This document shows, piece by piece, positions 52,301 through 64,000 of a stretch of 64,000 bases of DNA. This stretch comes from Chiloscyllium plagiosum (Eukaryota): assembly GCF_004010195.1 (NCBI RefSeq), contig NC_057719.1, forward strand, positions 92,184,814 through 92,248,813, read 5' to 3'. The notes under the pieces are model-generated. The model searched no databases. It was not told the DNA's origin and was given only the letters and a program-made list of their open reading frames with translations. Within the stretch, counting starts at the first letter, position 1; every line of letters begins with the position of its first letter. The translations under genes were made by a program, and so were the position numbers.

Positions 52301-54288
52301 ACTCCGTTTACCAACGGTTTGCTCATTACTAAACCTGTTAATATTTCCCTGCAATATTTCTACCCCTCTCACATCCTGTCTTTCCAACTATTTTTGTGTC
52401 TCTGCGAGTTTGGCTCCACCATATTCACTTCCTTCCTCCAAGTCATTACTATATTTCATATACAGTTGTGGTCCCGCCTCTGATCCCCGCGGAATAACAC
52501 TGTTTATAAGTTGCCAATGCGAAAAAGAACGCCTTATCCCTATTTGCTGTTTCCTGCCCATGAGCCAATTCTTTATTCATGCTAATTTACTACCTCCAAC
52601 ACTGTGGCTTCTTTTGTTATGATTTAACCTTTTAAGAGATACCCTGTTGAACACCTTCTGGAAGTGCAAATATAGCAAATCTGGTTCATCAAATGGTCTC
52701 CCCTTATTCCCTTGGTCAGGCTAGACTTCAACTACATTAACAGAGGATTTAAATTCAATTTCTTCCCCATCCTTTACTGAGTGAGACAGTTACTACTGCT
52801 GTCTAGACAGCCTCACCCCTTCCACCGCACCAACTAATGGAGAAAATTTAACAAACTCTTCCAAAAGTTGTCACTCTCAAGTAATCCTGTGTGGGAGAGG
52901 CAGATGAGTTCACACCATGAATCAATTGATTCGAAGCATTTAAAAACACTGAAGCAGAAATAATGTTTTGCAAGATTTTATTGTGAGTCAGAAATTACAA
53001 AACGATTGCACAAAATGAACTGCAGGCAAAACACAGAGCTCTTTTACAACATTATTTTGCTCATTTGTCAGAGAGGGGAGTCTTTCAGAGTCTGAAAGAG
53101 ACGGGGAAGGTCAGTTGAGAGAAATGATGAGGAGGTGCTGGTGTTGGACAAAGTTAAAAAGTTTGCTCAGAAAGCACTCCACCTGCAGGTAGTCAGTCCA
53201 TGTGACAATTTATCAAATCTGTTCCTACTTTGGAAATAGAACCAGTCTGATTCAAGATTGGAATACATACAGACTCTACACACCTTTAAGATTAGATTCC
53301 CTACACTGTGAAACAGGCCCTTCGGCCCAGCAAGTCCACACCGACCCTCTGAAGGGTAACCCACCCAGACCCATTTCCCTTTGACTAGTGCACCTAACAC
53401 TACGGGCAATTTAGTACAGCCAATCCACCTGACCCACACATCTTTGGACTATGGGAGGAAACCCACGCAGACACGGGGAGAATGCACAAACTCCACACAG
53501 ACAGTCACCTGGGTCTCTGGCTGTGAGGCTGTAGTGCTAACCACTAAGTCACCGTGCTGCCTTTAATGCATTGTCTGAGCTGAGATGTCACCTTTTTTGA
53601 TAAAATCTTAAGTTATCTCGGGAATGTTTTGGGATTTACATATTAATGAATTGAAACTTGCAACCCATTCTAAAAGATAAAAGACTTAACAACAATCAAG
53701 GATTGTTCAATATAATTGCATCAGTGTATGACACTATGATTTTGTGCTGTAAATTCTGTGGCTTATGATCCCGCCCACAAGCTCCCTGACAAAGGAGCAG
53801 TGCTCTGAAAGCTTGTACTTCCAAATAAACCTGTTGGGCTATAACCTGGTGTTCTGTGATTTTTAACCATTGAGAGAAAAAGAGCGAGAGAGTGATGGAG
53901 TGGAGAGAGAGAGAGGACAGAGAGAGATGTGGTTTGGATATTGTACTTTACAAGAAGAAACACCATCACCATAGACACACTGTAAGAGTACATTCAAAAT
54001 CAAGACCCCCAAAATAAGCCTAACCTTCCTGTTATCCACTAAATAAATGCAGGGTATGGAATCACACCACTGTTTACTGATGAAGGTCTCAAAACTACAT
54101 TTAAACCAGAGTCTAGTTACACCTGTTACAACGCTGCACAAAATATCTTTTATCATTCACAGCTCGCCTGTTAAAATGCTGCCCAAAACTATTGGGGTTT
54201 CTGATGGACTCAGGACACATTGCTCTGCTTGAAGACCTGTGTGGAGAATTCTAGATGTGCCCGCTATGTAACCTCCCAAGACCAGCTA

Positions 54289-54380
54289 TTACTCTCACTT
54301 GCTGGGCCCGTCTACACAGCAGGATATAGACCTTACTCTTGATCCAGTCCTTACTGTGTTGCCGGGATGTCTGGGTGTCT
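54289..54380 (-). pseudogene. ERH: Degenerate copy of the last coding exon of enhancer of rudimentary homolog
   Basis: Minus strand reads DTQTSRQHSKDWIKSKVYILLCRRAQQ versus ERH C-terminus DTQTYQPYNKDWIKEKIYVLLRRQAQQ. Preceded by a pyrimidine tract and AG. Ancestral TAA (54289-54291) is now out of frame. Confidence 0.8.
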
Positions 54381-57171
54381 CTCCAGAGAGGGGAGGGAGA
54401 AAAACACAACAAGATATAATCAGATTTCACGCAACTTTCAACAACCACAATCAATGAGAATAAACTGTGCTTCGAGCTGCACTTGCAAAAGAGTCCTGAT
54501 TGATGAAAATGTGAAACTTTCACAATGCTCGACGAGTAGAGCAAATCAGATGTTGGCATAGATGAAAACGTTAATGCAGACAAATCTGACATTTAAATCA
54601 TATTTGGTGTGGCCCTGTTCAGTACACTGTCATTGAGCCATAGTGTTTTACAGTGCATCGAGCGACCATGTGGCTCATCAGTCATCAAGCATCCAACTAC
54701 TCTAATCTGAATTCCCATCAATTGGCCCATAGCCTTGTGTGCTGTAGCACTTCAAGTCCTGATGTAAGTAATTATTAAATGTTGCGATGGTCCCTGACCT
54801 ACTAATACTTCAGGCAGTGAGTTCCAGATATACGCCACTCACTGGGTGGAAATAAAATTACTTTAAATCTCCCTAACTTCACAGAATCACAGACTGGTTA
54901 CAGCAGAAGGAGGACACTTGGCCCATCGGGGCCTGCACTGGTTCTACTAGCCCATGGCAACCTCCTGCTTTTTTCCCATGACATAGAGTCATAGAGATGT
55001 ACAGCACGGAAACAAACCCTTCAATCCAACCCAACCAGGTATCCCAACCTAATCTAGTCCCATTTGCCAGCACTTGGCCCATATTCCTCAAAACCCTTCC
55101 TATTCATATACCCATCCAGATGCCATTTAAGTGTTGTAATTGTACCAGCCTCCACCACTTCCTCTGGCAGCTCATTCCATACATGCACTGTGTGAAAAGG
55201 TTGCCCCTTAGGTCCCTTTTATATCTTTCCCCTCTCACCCTTAAACCTATGCCCTCCACTTCTGGACTCCCCTACCCCAGGGAAAAGACCTTATTTGTTC
55301 ATCCTATCCGTGCCCCTCATGATTTTATAAACCGCTATAAGGTCACCCCTCAGTCTCCGACGCTCCAGGGAAAACAGGCCCAGCCTATTCAGCATCTCCT
55401 TATCTCATACACTCCAATCCTGACAACATCCTTGTAAATCTTTTCTGAACCCTTTCAAGTTTCACAACATCCTTCCAATAGGAAGGAGACCAGAATTGCA
55501 TGCAATATTCCAAAAGTGGCCTAACCAATGTCCTGTACAGCCATGACATGACCATCCTCAGAGCATTAAGGCACTTTACAGTTCATGAAATGTCATCAAT
55601 GTTATAATGTAGGAAATAGCAGCTAATTTGTACACTGCACATTCCCACAAACTGCACATTCCCACAAACTGCACTGTGATAATGATATTGTACATGGGGA
55701 GGAACCATCCTATTTGGTTAGTGCTACGAATCTTCTAACTTCAATTCTAAGCCACTCACCATTCTGACTTGGAAATACATTGGCCGTTCCGTCACAGAGA
55801 CTGGTGAAAATCCTGGGTCTCCCTGCCTAACGACAGTTGGTTCACCTTCAGCAGGTGAATTGCAACAGTTCAAGAAGGTCATAGCGTCATTCAGCATGGA
55901 AACAGCCCAACTGGTCCACACCAACTAAACTAGTCCCACTGCCTGCACTTGGCCCACATTCTTCCAAACCTCTCCTATACATGAACGAATCCAAATGTCT
56001 ATCAAATATTGTAACTTATCTGCATTCACCACCCTCTCTGGATGTTCATTCCACACACAAACCACTCCCTGTAAAGAAAACATTGCTGCTTATGTCCTTT
56101 TAAATCTTTCTCCTCTCGCCTTAAAAATATGCCTCTTAGTTTTGAATTCCCCCACCCTAGAGAAAAGACCCTTGTCAGTATGTCCCTCGTGATTTTATAA
56201 ACATCAATAAGGTCACCCTTCAACCTCCTATGCTCCAGTGAAAACCGTCCTGCCCTACCCAGCCTATTTCTATAACTCAAACGCTCCATTCTCGGCAACA
56301 GCCTGGGAAATCTTTTCTGAATCCTCTCCGGTTTAATCATATCCTCTCTGTAACAGGGCGACCGGAACTGGACACAGTACTCCACAAGAAGCCTCACCAA
56401 TGTCCTGTACAACTTCAACATGACGTCCTAGTTCCTCCACTCAAAGATCTGAGCACTCTGCCATCTTCTCCAGGGTAACTGGTGATGGATGATAAACGCT
56501 GGCCTATCTGGGCAGAATACGGATGGCCACGATTAACACAAGAGTGAGGAATGGAGCCGCAGGTGAGCCAAGGCAGGTCTACAGTTCAGTGATGCTGCCA
56601 AGGTGAAAATGGACAGTGTCACTGATGGTAATGATATGCACTTGGAACGTTATGGTGGGTCAGACGTGAAGTGGAGATTCTGGCTTAATCGCACAGGCTA
56701 CAGAAAAGGCAGAAAAATCTGAATTGTGATTACAAACACAAGCCTGCCTCAGGCTCAGATAAAAGATAAGGATGGCAAACGGTTCCAACAGCTAATCTTC
56801 GTTCCTTTGAAGAGAATGTTTCTGGGTGGAATGAAGTCGCAGGTCACTGCGATATAACCTAATTCGTTCATGGGGCTGCATTTGTCGCTCCTCGCTAATT
56901 GCTGGCTGCTTCAACTGCTGAACCATTCGATACAACAGAGGGCTTGCTAGACCACTTCAGAGGCAGCCAGAAAACAAGCGTCAACCAGATGTTTTGGAAA
57001 TGAGCCAATCCATTTATGAAAAGATGGTTCAAATAAACAAAACATCAACCACATGTATTCTGAGGTTTTGCATTTAACATATGAAAATGATATAATGCAT
57101 ATAGAAATATATTGCACTTTCCACAGCCTCAGGATGGTCCAAAGTGTCAATGGAGTGTTTTCCCATGGTGA

Positions 57172-57184
57172 TGACCTTTGACCT
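57172..57184 (-). promoter_or_regulatory. Perfect DR1 nuclear-receptor element (AGGTCA-A-AGGTCA)
   Basis: TGACCTTTGACCT in non-repetitive sequence; motif match only. Confidence 0.35.
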
Positions 57185-60100
57185 CAAAGCAGTACTATAA
57201 GGGAAATCTGTAGTTTCTTGGAAAAGGTCTGCAGAATCTGTAATTATTTCAAGAATGGTGGGAGAGGATGTTTTAAAAGTGTTACATGAATTGTAAAGGT
57301 ACTACCCTAATTTTCCTGTCTGGTACGATGTATTGATCCATTGCAGTAGCAATTAGGAAGCAGAAGCTGCCGGGGGAACATCGAATCCCTACAGTGTGGA
57401 AGCAAGGCCATTCTGCCCATTGAGTACACACCCACCCTCTGAACAGCATCCCAACCAGACCCATCCCGTCCCTGTAACCCAGTAGCTAGTCCACCTAGCC
57501 TGCACATTGAGTGCAATTGAGCATGGTCAATCCACCTGCATACCTGTGGTCTGTGGGAGGAAACCGGAGCACCCGGAGGAAACGCATGCAGACACGGGGA
57601 GAATGCGCAAACTCCACACAGACAGTCACCCGAGGTTAGCATTGAACCCAGGTCCCTGGCGCTGTGAGGCAGCAGTGCTAACCACTGAGTCACTGCGCTG
57701 TCCCAGGATCAGAACAACCAAATAAGAGATGTAGCACAGGAAGAATTCAAAAGAACTTAGAAGAACCTGTGTGCTAGAGTCAAAAAGGACTAAAAGCTAA
57801 TGACAGGATTAGAGCATTGTTAAAGATTGTGATACATACAATTCTATAAATATGCTTCAGTCTTCACATTCTCCCCGTGTCTATGTGGGCTTCCTCCGGG
57901 TGCTCCGGTTTCCTCCCACAGTCACAAAGATGTGCAGGTCAGGGTGAATTGGCCGTGCTAAATTGCCCGTAGTGTTAGGTGCACTAGTCAAAAGGAAATG
58001 GGTCTGCGTGGGTTACTCTTCAGAGGGTCGGGGTAGACCTGTTGGGCCAAAGGGCCTGTTTCCACACTGTAGGGAATCTCATCTACTCTTGTCAGAGCTG
58101 ACAAGATCAGTTAATGGGCTTTATTAAAGGGATGAGATGAAGAAGTTTCTAGGGAAACTGTGCCCTCAACACTATCAGGAATATAGCAAATGAAGTTCTG
58201 CTGAAGTGTGCTGTTTGGGAGCTGACTATCTCTGGGGAACCAGTGCAGTGGAACAACAAATATCTCCTTTTATTCATTGGGTGGGACCTGGGCAGTGCAG
58301 GCTGACCGACATTTATTGCCCTTGAGAGGGTGGTGGAGAGCTGCCTTCTTGAACTGCTGCAGTCCACCTGCTGTAGGTTGATGCACTATGACCTGAGGGA
58401 GAGAATTGCAGGATTTTGACCCAGCGACACTGAAGGAATGGAGATATATTTCCAAACTAGAATGGCGAGTGGCTTGGACGGGAGTTTGAAGGTGGTGGTG
58501 TCCCCATGTATCCGCTGCATTTGTCCTTCTAGATGGAAGCGGTCGTGGGGTTGGAAGGTGCTGGGTGACGATCTTTGGTGAATTTCTGCAGCACATCTTG
58601 TAGATAGTGCACACTGCTGCTACTGAGCGTGAGCGGTGAAGGGAGTGGATGCTTGTGAATGTGGTGCCAATCAAGAGAACTGAATGGCCTCAAACTTGAG
58701 TGTTGTTGGAGCTGCACCCATCCAGCCAAATGGGGAGTATTCCATCACCCTCCTGACTTGTGCCTTGTAGATGGGGGATAGACTCTGGGGAGTCAGGAGA
58801 TGAGTTATTCTCCACACGTGGTATTCAAAACAAAGATGAACTGAAATTTAAGCTGTAATAAGTGAGTATGATCTGGTAGCTATTACGGAGAAATTATGAC
58901 AGGATGATACTGAATGGGAGTTGAATCTTGAAGAATACAGAACATTTCAGGAATCTATTTCAATGTGGATAAACTATTTAGAACAGCAATGAATGATCAA
59001 GTAATTAATAAGGATAAAAAAATTATAAAGAGGAAAAGTACAAGAGAAAGCTAACCAGAAACATAAAGACAGAGCTTCGGGTTCCTATAAAGAATATTTT
59101 TAAGAGGGTGAACAGAACAATAACAAAAAGAAAGCATGTTATCGAAGTGGTGAGAGAGTATGCAGAGGAATCTGGCTGCTTCTATGCATGAAGCTCCTCA
59201 GACAGCACCTTCCAAACACACCATCTGGAAGGGCAAGGGCAGCAGATACATGGGACACCCACCCCGTGCAAATACCCCTGCAGGCCACTCACCACCCTCA
59301 CTTGGAAATATATCACCGTTCCTTCACTGCTGCCCTTGGTCAATATTCTAGAACTCCCTCCCTGATGGCTTTGTGGGCCTACCTACAGCGCATGGACTGC
59401 AGTGGTTCAAGAAGGCACCACCACCTTCTCAAAGGGACAATAAGGAGGGGGAATAAATACTGGCCAGCCAGCAACACCCATGTCCCATGAAAAAGTTTTT
59501 TGTAACTTTGATGTTTGGACTTACTCTGATTTGTACTTTCTCTATCCCTTCCCATCATGGTCTTAGTGATCATTTCTCCTTGGCCTATGATTTCCCACCT
59601 CTCCCCAAATTCAATCCCATGCCTCACGATTTAGTTGAAAATCTCTTTACTTCCATAATTTACAAGAACACCAGCCCAAGCACAGTTCGGGTGGAGACTG
59701 TAAGGGTGAGACAGTTCCCATTTTTCCTCGCGCTCTAGTCAGTGCTCCCTCAAACTGGAACCCACTTCTCCCATATCAGTCTTTGGGCCACATGTTCATT
59801 TTCTCCGAGCTGATTTGCCCTCTGCTCATTTGCATGTGGTTTAGGTAATAATCTAGAGGTTTTAACCTTTGACATTGTGCTTCTGAATGTGATGCATCGT
59901 GGACTGTGCAAAATATCCAACTCGCAGTTGCCTTCTATCAATACCAACATGGGCCAGAATGACTGGGCAATAATCCTCTCACTGTATGATGTGCTCCAGC
60001 CTGGAGCAGATATCCCACACCCTAGCACTGGGCAGGCAATACAGCTATCTGTGCTGCAGAAAACTGTATCAATGTCCCTGACTATATTGTCCCCTACTAC

Positions 60101-60455
60101 CACCACTAGCTCATCAACCCCCACTCTCATTGAGACCATCTATAAGCATATCAAACCAGATGGACAATTATGAAGGTGAAGTTCCTGCCCCCTGAGTGCC
60201 ATTACCCTGCTTTACTCACAGTCACCTTCTCCTGTCTCTGCACACTGACTAAACTAGACCACCCAATCCTACAAGCTGCCACTGCCTCCTGGTACAAAGA
60301 ATCCAAATAACCTTTTACCCCCATGGGTATTGCAGTGCCTGCATCTCAAACTCTAAGCTGAAGTGACACAAACCTCAAAGAATAACCAAAAACATGTTTG
60401 TCCTGGTCTAACCGCACATCCAGGACCTCCCATATGCTGCAGCTGTGACACATCA

Positions 60456-60541
60456 CCATCCAAGTACTAACCAGGCCTGAGTCGACTTAGCTTCCGAGAT
60501 CAGACGAGATTGGGTGTTTTCAGACTAGTATGGCCGTGGGT
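60456..60541 (-). pseudogene. 3'-truncated 5S rRNA retropseudogene (~first 85 nt)
   Basis: Reverse complement CCCACGGCCATACTAGTCTGAAAACACCCAATCTCGTCTGATCTCGGAAGCTAAGTCGACTCAGGCCTGGTTAGTACTTGGATGG matches vertebrate 5S rRNA; flanked by a 15-bp direct repeat. Confidence 0.9.
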
Positions 60542-61721
60542 GTGGCACATCACCAGTCCTGAAATCATAAATATGACCTTATTAACTAATTAATTATTTC
60601 ACTCAATTGTATGTTTTATGTTTTTATAAATCTTATTAGCCTTACAAACCAGTTGATGTACAATGTTAAAACTGAGGAACAGAATACACATTAGCCATTT
60701 CCTAGCTAAACAACTGGCTTCCTCTTCGGTAGCAGAGTCAGAATCAATTTCCAGAGGCTTAAAAAGATTAGAAAAAGAAAAAAAAACACTGAGCACCTCA
60801 TTCCCCCCCCTCCCCCCCAGACTCCCTTACCACCCAACCCCACCACTCTATTCTAAGTTGCAGTGCAGTGCTAAGTTACACCACGTTGGCTATTGTATAT
60901 GCTTCTAATACAAAAGGCTTATCTGATTCAGTTGCAGAGGACTGGTTTGCTTTTTTAAATAAGCCCAAATGCTAGTGCAGTGGAGACCTTGCACCATAAC
61001 TTTCAGATATAGATGTGTGCAAAAGCAAATCAAATCTTCTTCCCCACCAAATGCCAGCATTCCGTCTAAAACAATGTGAAAATGGCCAGATAATCTGGCT
61101 TGTAAAGTTGCTTGAGGGATAAACATGGTAGGAGAGAAAAGCACTTTGAGTTTTTTATATACATATCCACTCCAAGATGAGAATCCTGTCATACTTACAA
61201 GACTGACTTGGTTTTACCTAATTCAGGTTCATAAATGCAGTATCTGGTAGGTATCCACATTTCCCCCTTCCCAGTTAGTTGTCCCTCACTGGCTGTATTC
61301 CAAGATTCAGGATATCACCCTTTGGCACTCATTTTTGAAACAAATGTAACAGAAGTGATCGATTATGGTTTTATATATATATATATGTAAAATCATTCTC
61401 AGAAATGAGAACGGCTGTTAATTTTATCATCCCCTGTTTGTCCTTGGGAAGGTAGTGGTGAATCATCGAACAAAGCCAGCATTCCTACATTCATTAGGGT
61501 GCACATTACTGATCAAAGTCATGTGCCAGAGGATTACTGATCACAGATTATAATCAAATGCAAGACTGCAGTGATGGATCAGCAGCAAACAGGGATCAAT
61601 AGGCACCAAGCCACACTCTCCTCCACGTTTCCATGGTTACTATTAATTAGGCCACTGCTAGCTCATCATAGGCAGTACAGATGGTGGGTTTTCACAAAGA
61701 TGTTCCAGAGATGAGGAACTC

Positions 61722-61905
61722 CAACCCCCTGCCTCAGCGTCGATTCAAATCCCCGGCCTCAGCGCAGACTCTAACCCCCAGCTTTACCCCGGACTCGAAC
61801 CCCCGGCCTCAGCGTCGATTCGAATCCCCGGCCTCAGCGCAGACTCTAACCCCCAGCTTTACCCCGGACTCGAACCCCCGGCCTCAGCGTGGATTTGAAC
61901 TCCAG
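61722..61905. repeat. 75-bp higher-order tandem repeat of ~25-bp subunits (~2.4 copies)
   Basis: GCCTCAGCGT recurs at 61731, 61806 and 61881. Confidence 0.9.
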
Positions 61906-64000
61906 CTTTCCTGTCCTCAAGGCGAAGCTCAGCACAGTCTGGGTTGGAAGGACTGCCATCCTGAACTCTTATTTCTCTATTTTTATAATTTATTGCTGGA
62001 CTGTCATTTCTTTATTTTTTCCTATTTTTTTTCCCTCAGAATTTGTCCTTGAAAATCTGTACTAGGCACCTCTGTATCTAAGCTGGCGCCATAAGTGGTG
62101 ACTTGTAAACTTTTCACCGTACTCATGTGAAAAGTACGTGACAATAAAGCTAATTCTGATTTTATTAAGGCAAACTGGCCTCCTCTCACACTGTAAGAAT
62201 GCTTTAATGACTTGTCAAAGGTAGCTCTGGAACAGGACGGGTAAATGTAGGAAGAAAAAGAGAAACTGATGCAGATTGTCAACAGTAGGCACAGTGGGCA
62301 AGAGCCCGACTGAGAGAATGGCTCTCCACCCATAGTCAAACAGCTTACTGAGGTTCACTGGCCATTGCCTGAGTGTCTATTTTGCCATATAATTCACAGG
62401 ATTGTGACAATACAGAATGAGGCCTTTTCGATCATTGTTTATGGACTGGCTCTCTCACTGAGTAATTCCCTACTGCCCTCTCCCGGTAATCTTACACATT
62501 GTTCCCTTGCTGATAATAATCCAATTCCCATTATAATGTTTCATCTGAGGGGTGACCTTATAGAGGTTTACAAAATTATGAGGGGGCATGGATAGGGTAA
62601 ATACGCAAAGTCCTTTCCCTGGGGTCGGAAAGTCCAGAACTAGAGGGCATAGGTTTAGGGTGAGAGGGGAAAGATATAAAAGAGATCTAAGGGGCAACTT
62701 TTTCACACAGAAGGTGGTACGTGTATAGAATGAGCTGCCAGAGGAAGTGGTGGAGGCTGGTACAATTGCAACATTTAAGAGGCATTTGGATGGGTTCCTT
62801 CCAACAACGGGAATGGTTTCTCCCTTTCTATTCTGTCCAGACTCCTCATGGTTTTTAACATCGCGATCAAATCTCTTAACCATCTTGACTCCAAGGAGAA
62901 CAGTCCCAACTTCACCAATCTATGTGACTGAAATTCCAGTCCTGGAGATGTACAAAATGGAAATGGACCCTTTGGTCCAACCCGTCCATGCTGACCAGAT
63001 ATCCCAAGCCAATTAGTCCCATTTGCCAGCACCCGGCCCATATCCTTCCAAATCCTTCCTATTCATATATCCATCCAAATGCCTTTTAAATGTTTCAATT
63101 GTACCAGCCTCCACCACTTTCTCTGGCAGCTCATTCCATACACGTACCACCCTCTGCGTGAAAAAGTTGCCCCTTAGGTCTCTTTTATACCTTTCCCCTC
63201 TCACCCTAAACCTATGCCCTCACCCCAGAGAAAAGACTTTGTCTATTTACCCTATCCACGCCCCGTCATTAATTAATAAACCTCTATAAGGTCTCCCCTC
63301 AGCCTCCGACGCTCCAGGGAAAACAGCCCCATCCTGTTCAGCCTCTCCCTATAGCTCAAACCCTCCAACCCTGGCAACATCCTTGTAAATCTTCTCTCAA
63401 CCCTTTCAACGTCCTTCCGATAGGAAGGAGACCAGAATTGCACGCAATATTCCAAAAGTGGCCTAACCAATGTCCTGTACAGCTGCAACATGACCTCCCA
63501 ACTTTTGTGTCTTTTTTTTTAGATTACATTACAGTGTGGAAACAGGCCCTTCAGCCCAACAAGTCCACACTGACCCGCCGAAGCGCAACCCACCCATACC
63601 CCTACATTTACCCCTTACCTAACACTACGGCCAATTTAGCATGGCCAATTCACCTGACCTGCACATCTTCGGACTGTATTTTCTGCACCCTCTCCAATGT
63701 TTTCCCATCCTTTCTAAAGTGTGGCTCCCAGAGCAGGATGCACTGCTCCAGAGGAGGCTGAGGCAGTGTTTTATGCAAGTATTCTGAAGCAGAATAATAT
63801 TGATCTCAAAATATTAACTCTGTTATCTGTCTCTCGCTCTCTTTCCACAGCTGCTGCCAGACTTGCTGAGTTTATCCAACAGGGTCTGTGTTTATTTCAG
63901 CATTCCAGCATCCGCAGTTCTTTATTTTTATTAAAATCTACCTCTTTGCTCTTATTCTATGCCTCTATGAATAAAACCTAGGATACTGTATAGTTTCAAC

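Noticed and set aside
55633..55675. 17-bp tandem duplication; also (GA)n at ~11994 and (TA)n at ~61371
   Set aside because: Ordinary slippage repeats.
1766..57725. Recurrent ORFs such as MVAQWLALLPHS..., ...CGRKPEHPEETHADTGR... and MYSMETDPSVQPVHADQ...
   Set aside because: These are translations of HE1 SINE copies and antisense CR1 3' ends, not a protein family.
61180..61260. Possible ERH exon 3 (minus-strand GTAAGT donor near 61197)
   Set aside because: The translation does not resemble ERH GVCKMYEEHLK...DLSCLV.

Overview
Vertebrate genomic DNA, almost certainly from a shark or other cartilaginous fish, judging by dense HE1-type SINEs, CR1/HER1-type LINE fragments and Penelope-like elements. 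There are two assembly gaps. The only intact coding content is the 3' half of a + strand polypeptide GalNAc-transferase gene, best matching GALNT16: seven GT-AG exons from 4423 to 31117 that join in one frame (end of catalytic domain plus ricin-type lectin domain). Main observations: (1) a ~35-copy, 32-bp minisatellite grown out of a GALNT16 exon/5' splice-site junction, each unit carrying a branch-point-like motif, donor, pyrimidine tract, acceptor and a frame-preserving 15-nt pseudo-microexon; (2) several Penelope-derived short elements with minimal hammerhead-ribozyme cores, some as near-perfect ~180-bp fold-backs with 15-17 bp TSDs; (3) a decayed last exon of ERH on the - strand at the position expected from GALNT16-ERH synteny; (4) a tailless 5S rRNA retropseudogene with TSD; (5) a solo LTR. 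Nearly all ORFs in the supplied track are transposon-derived or spurious. Exon coordinates were counted exactly; repeat boundaries are approximate. Protein and RNA family comparisons are from memory, not database searches.
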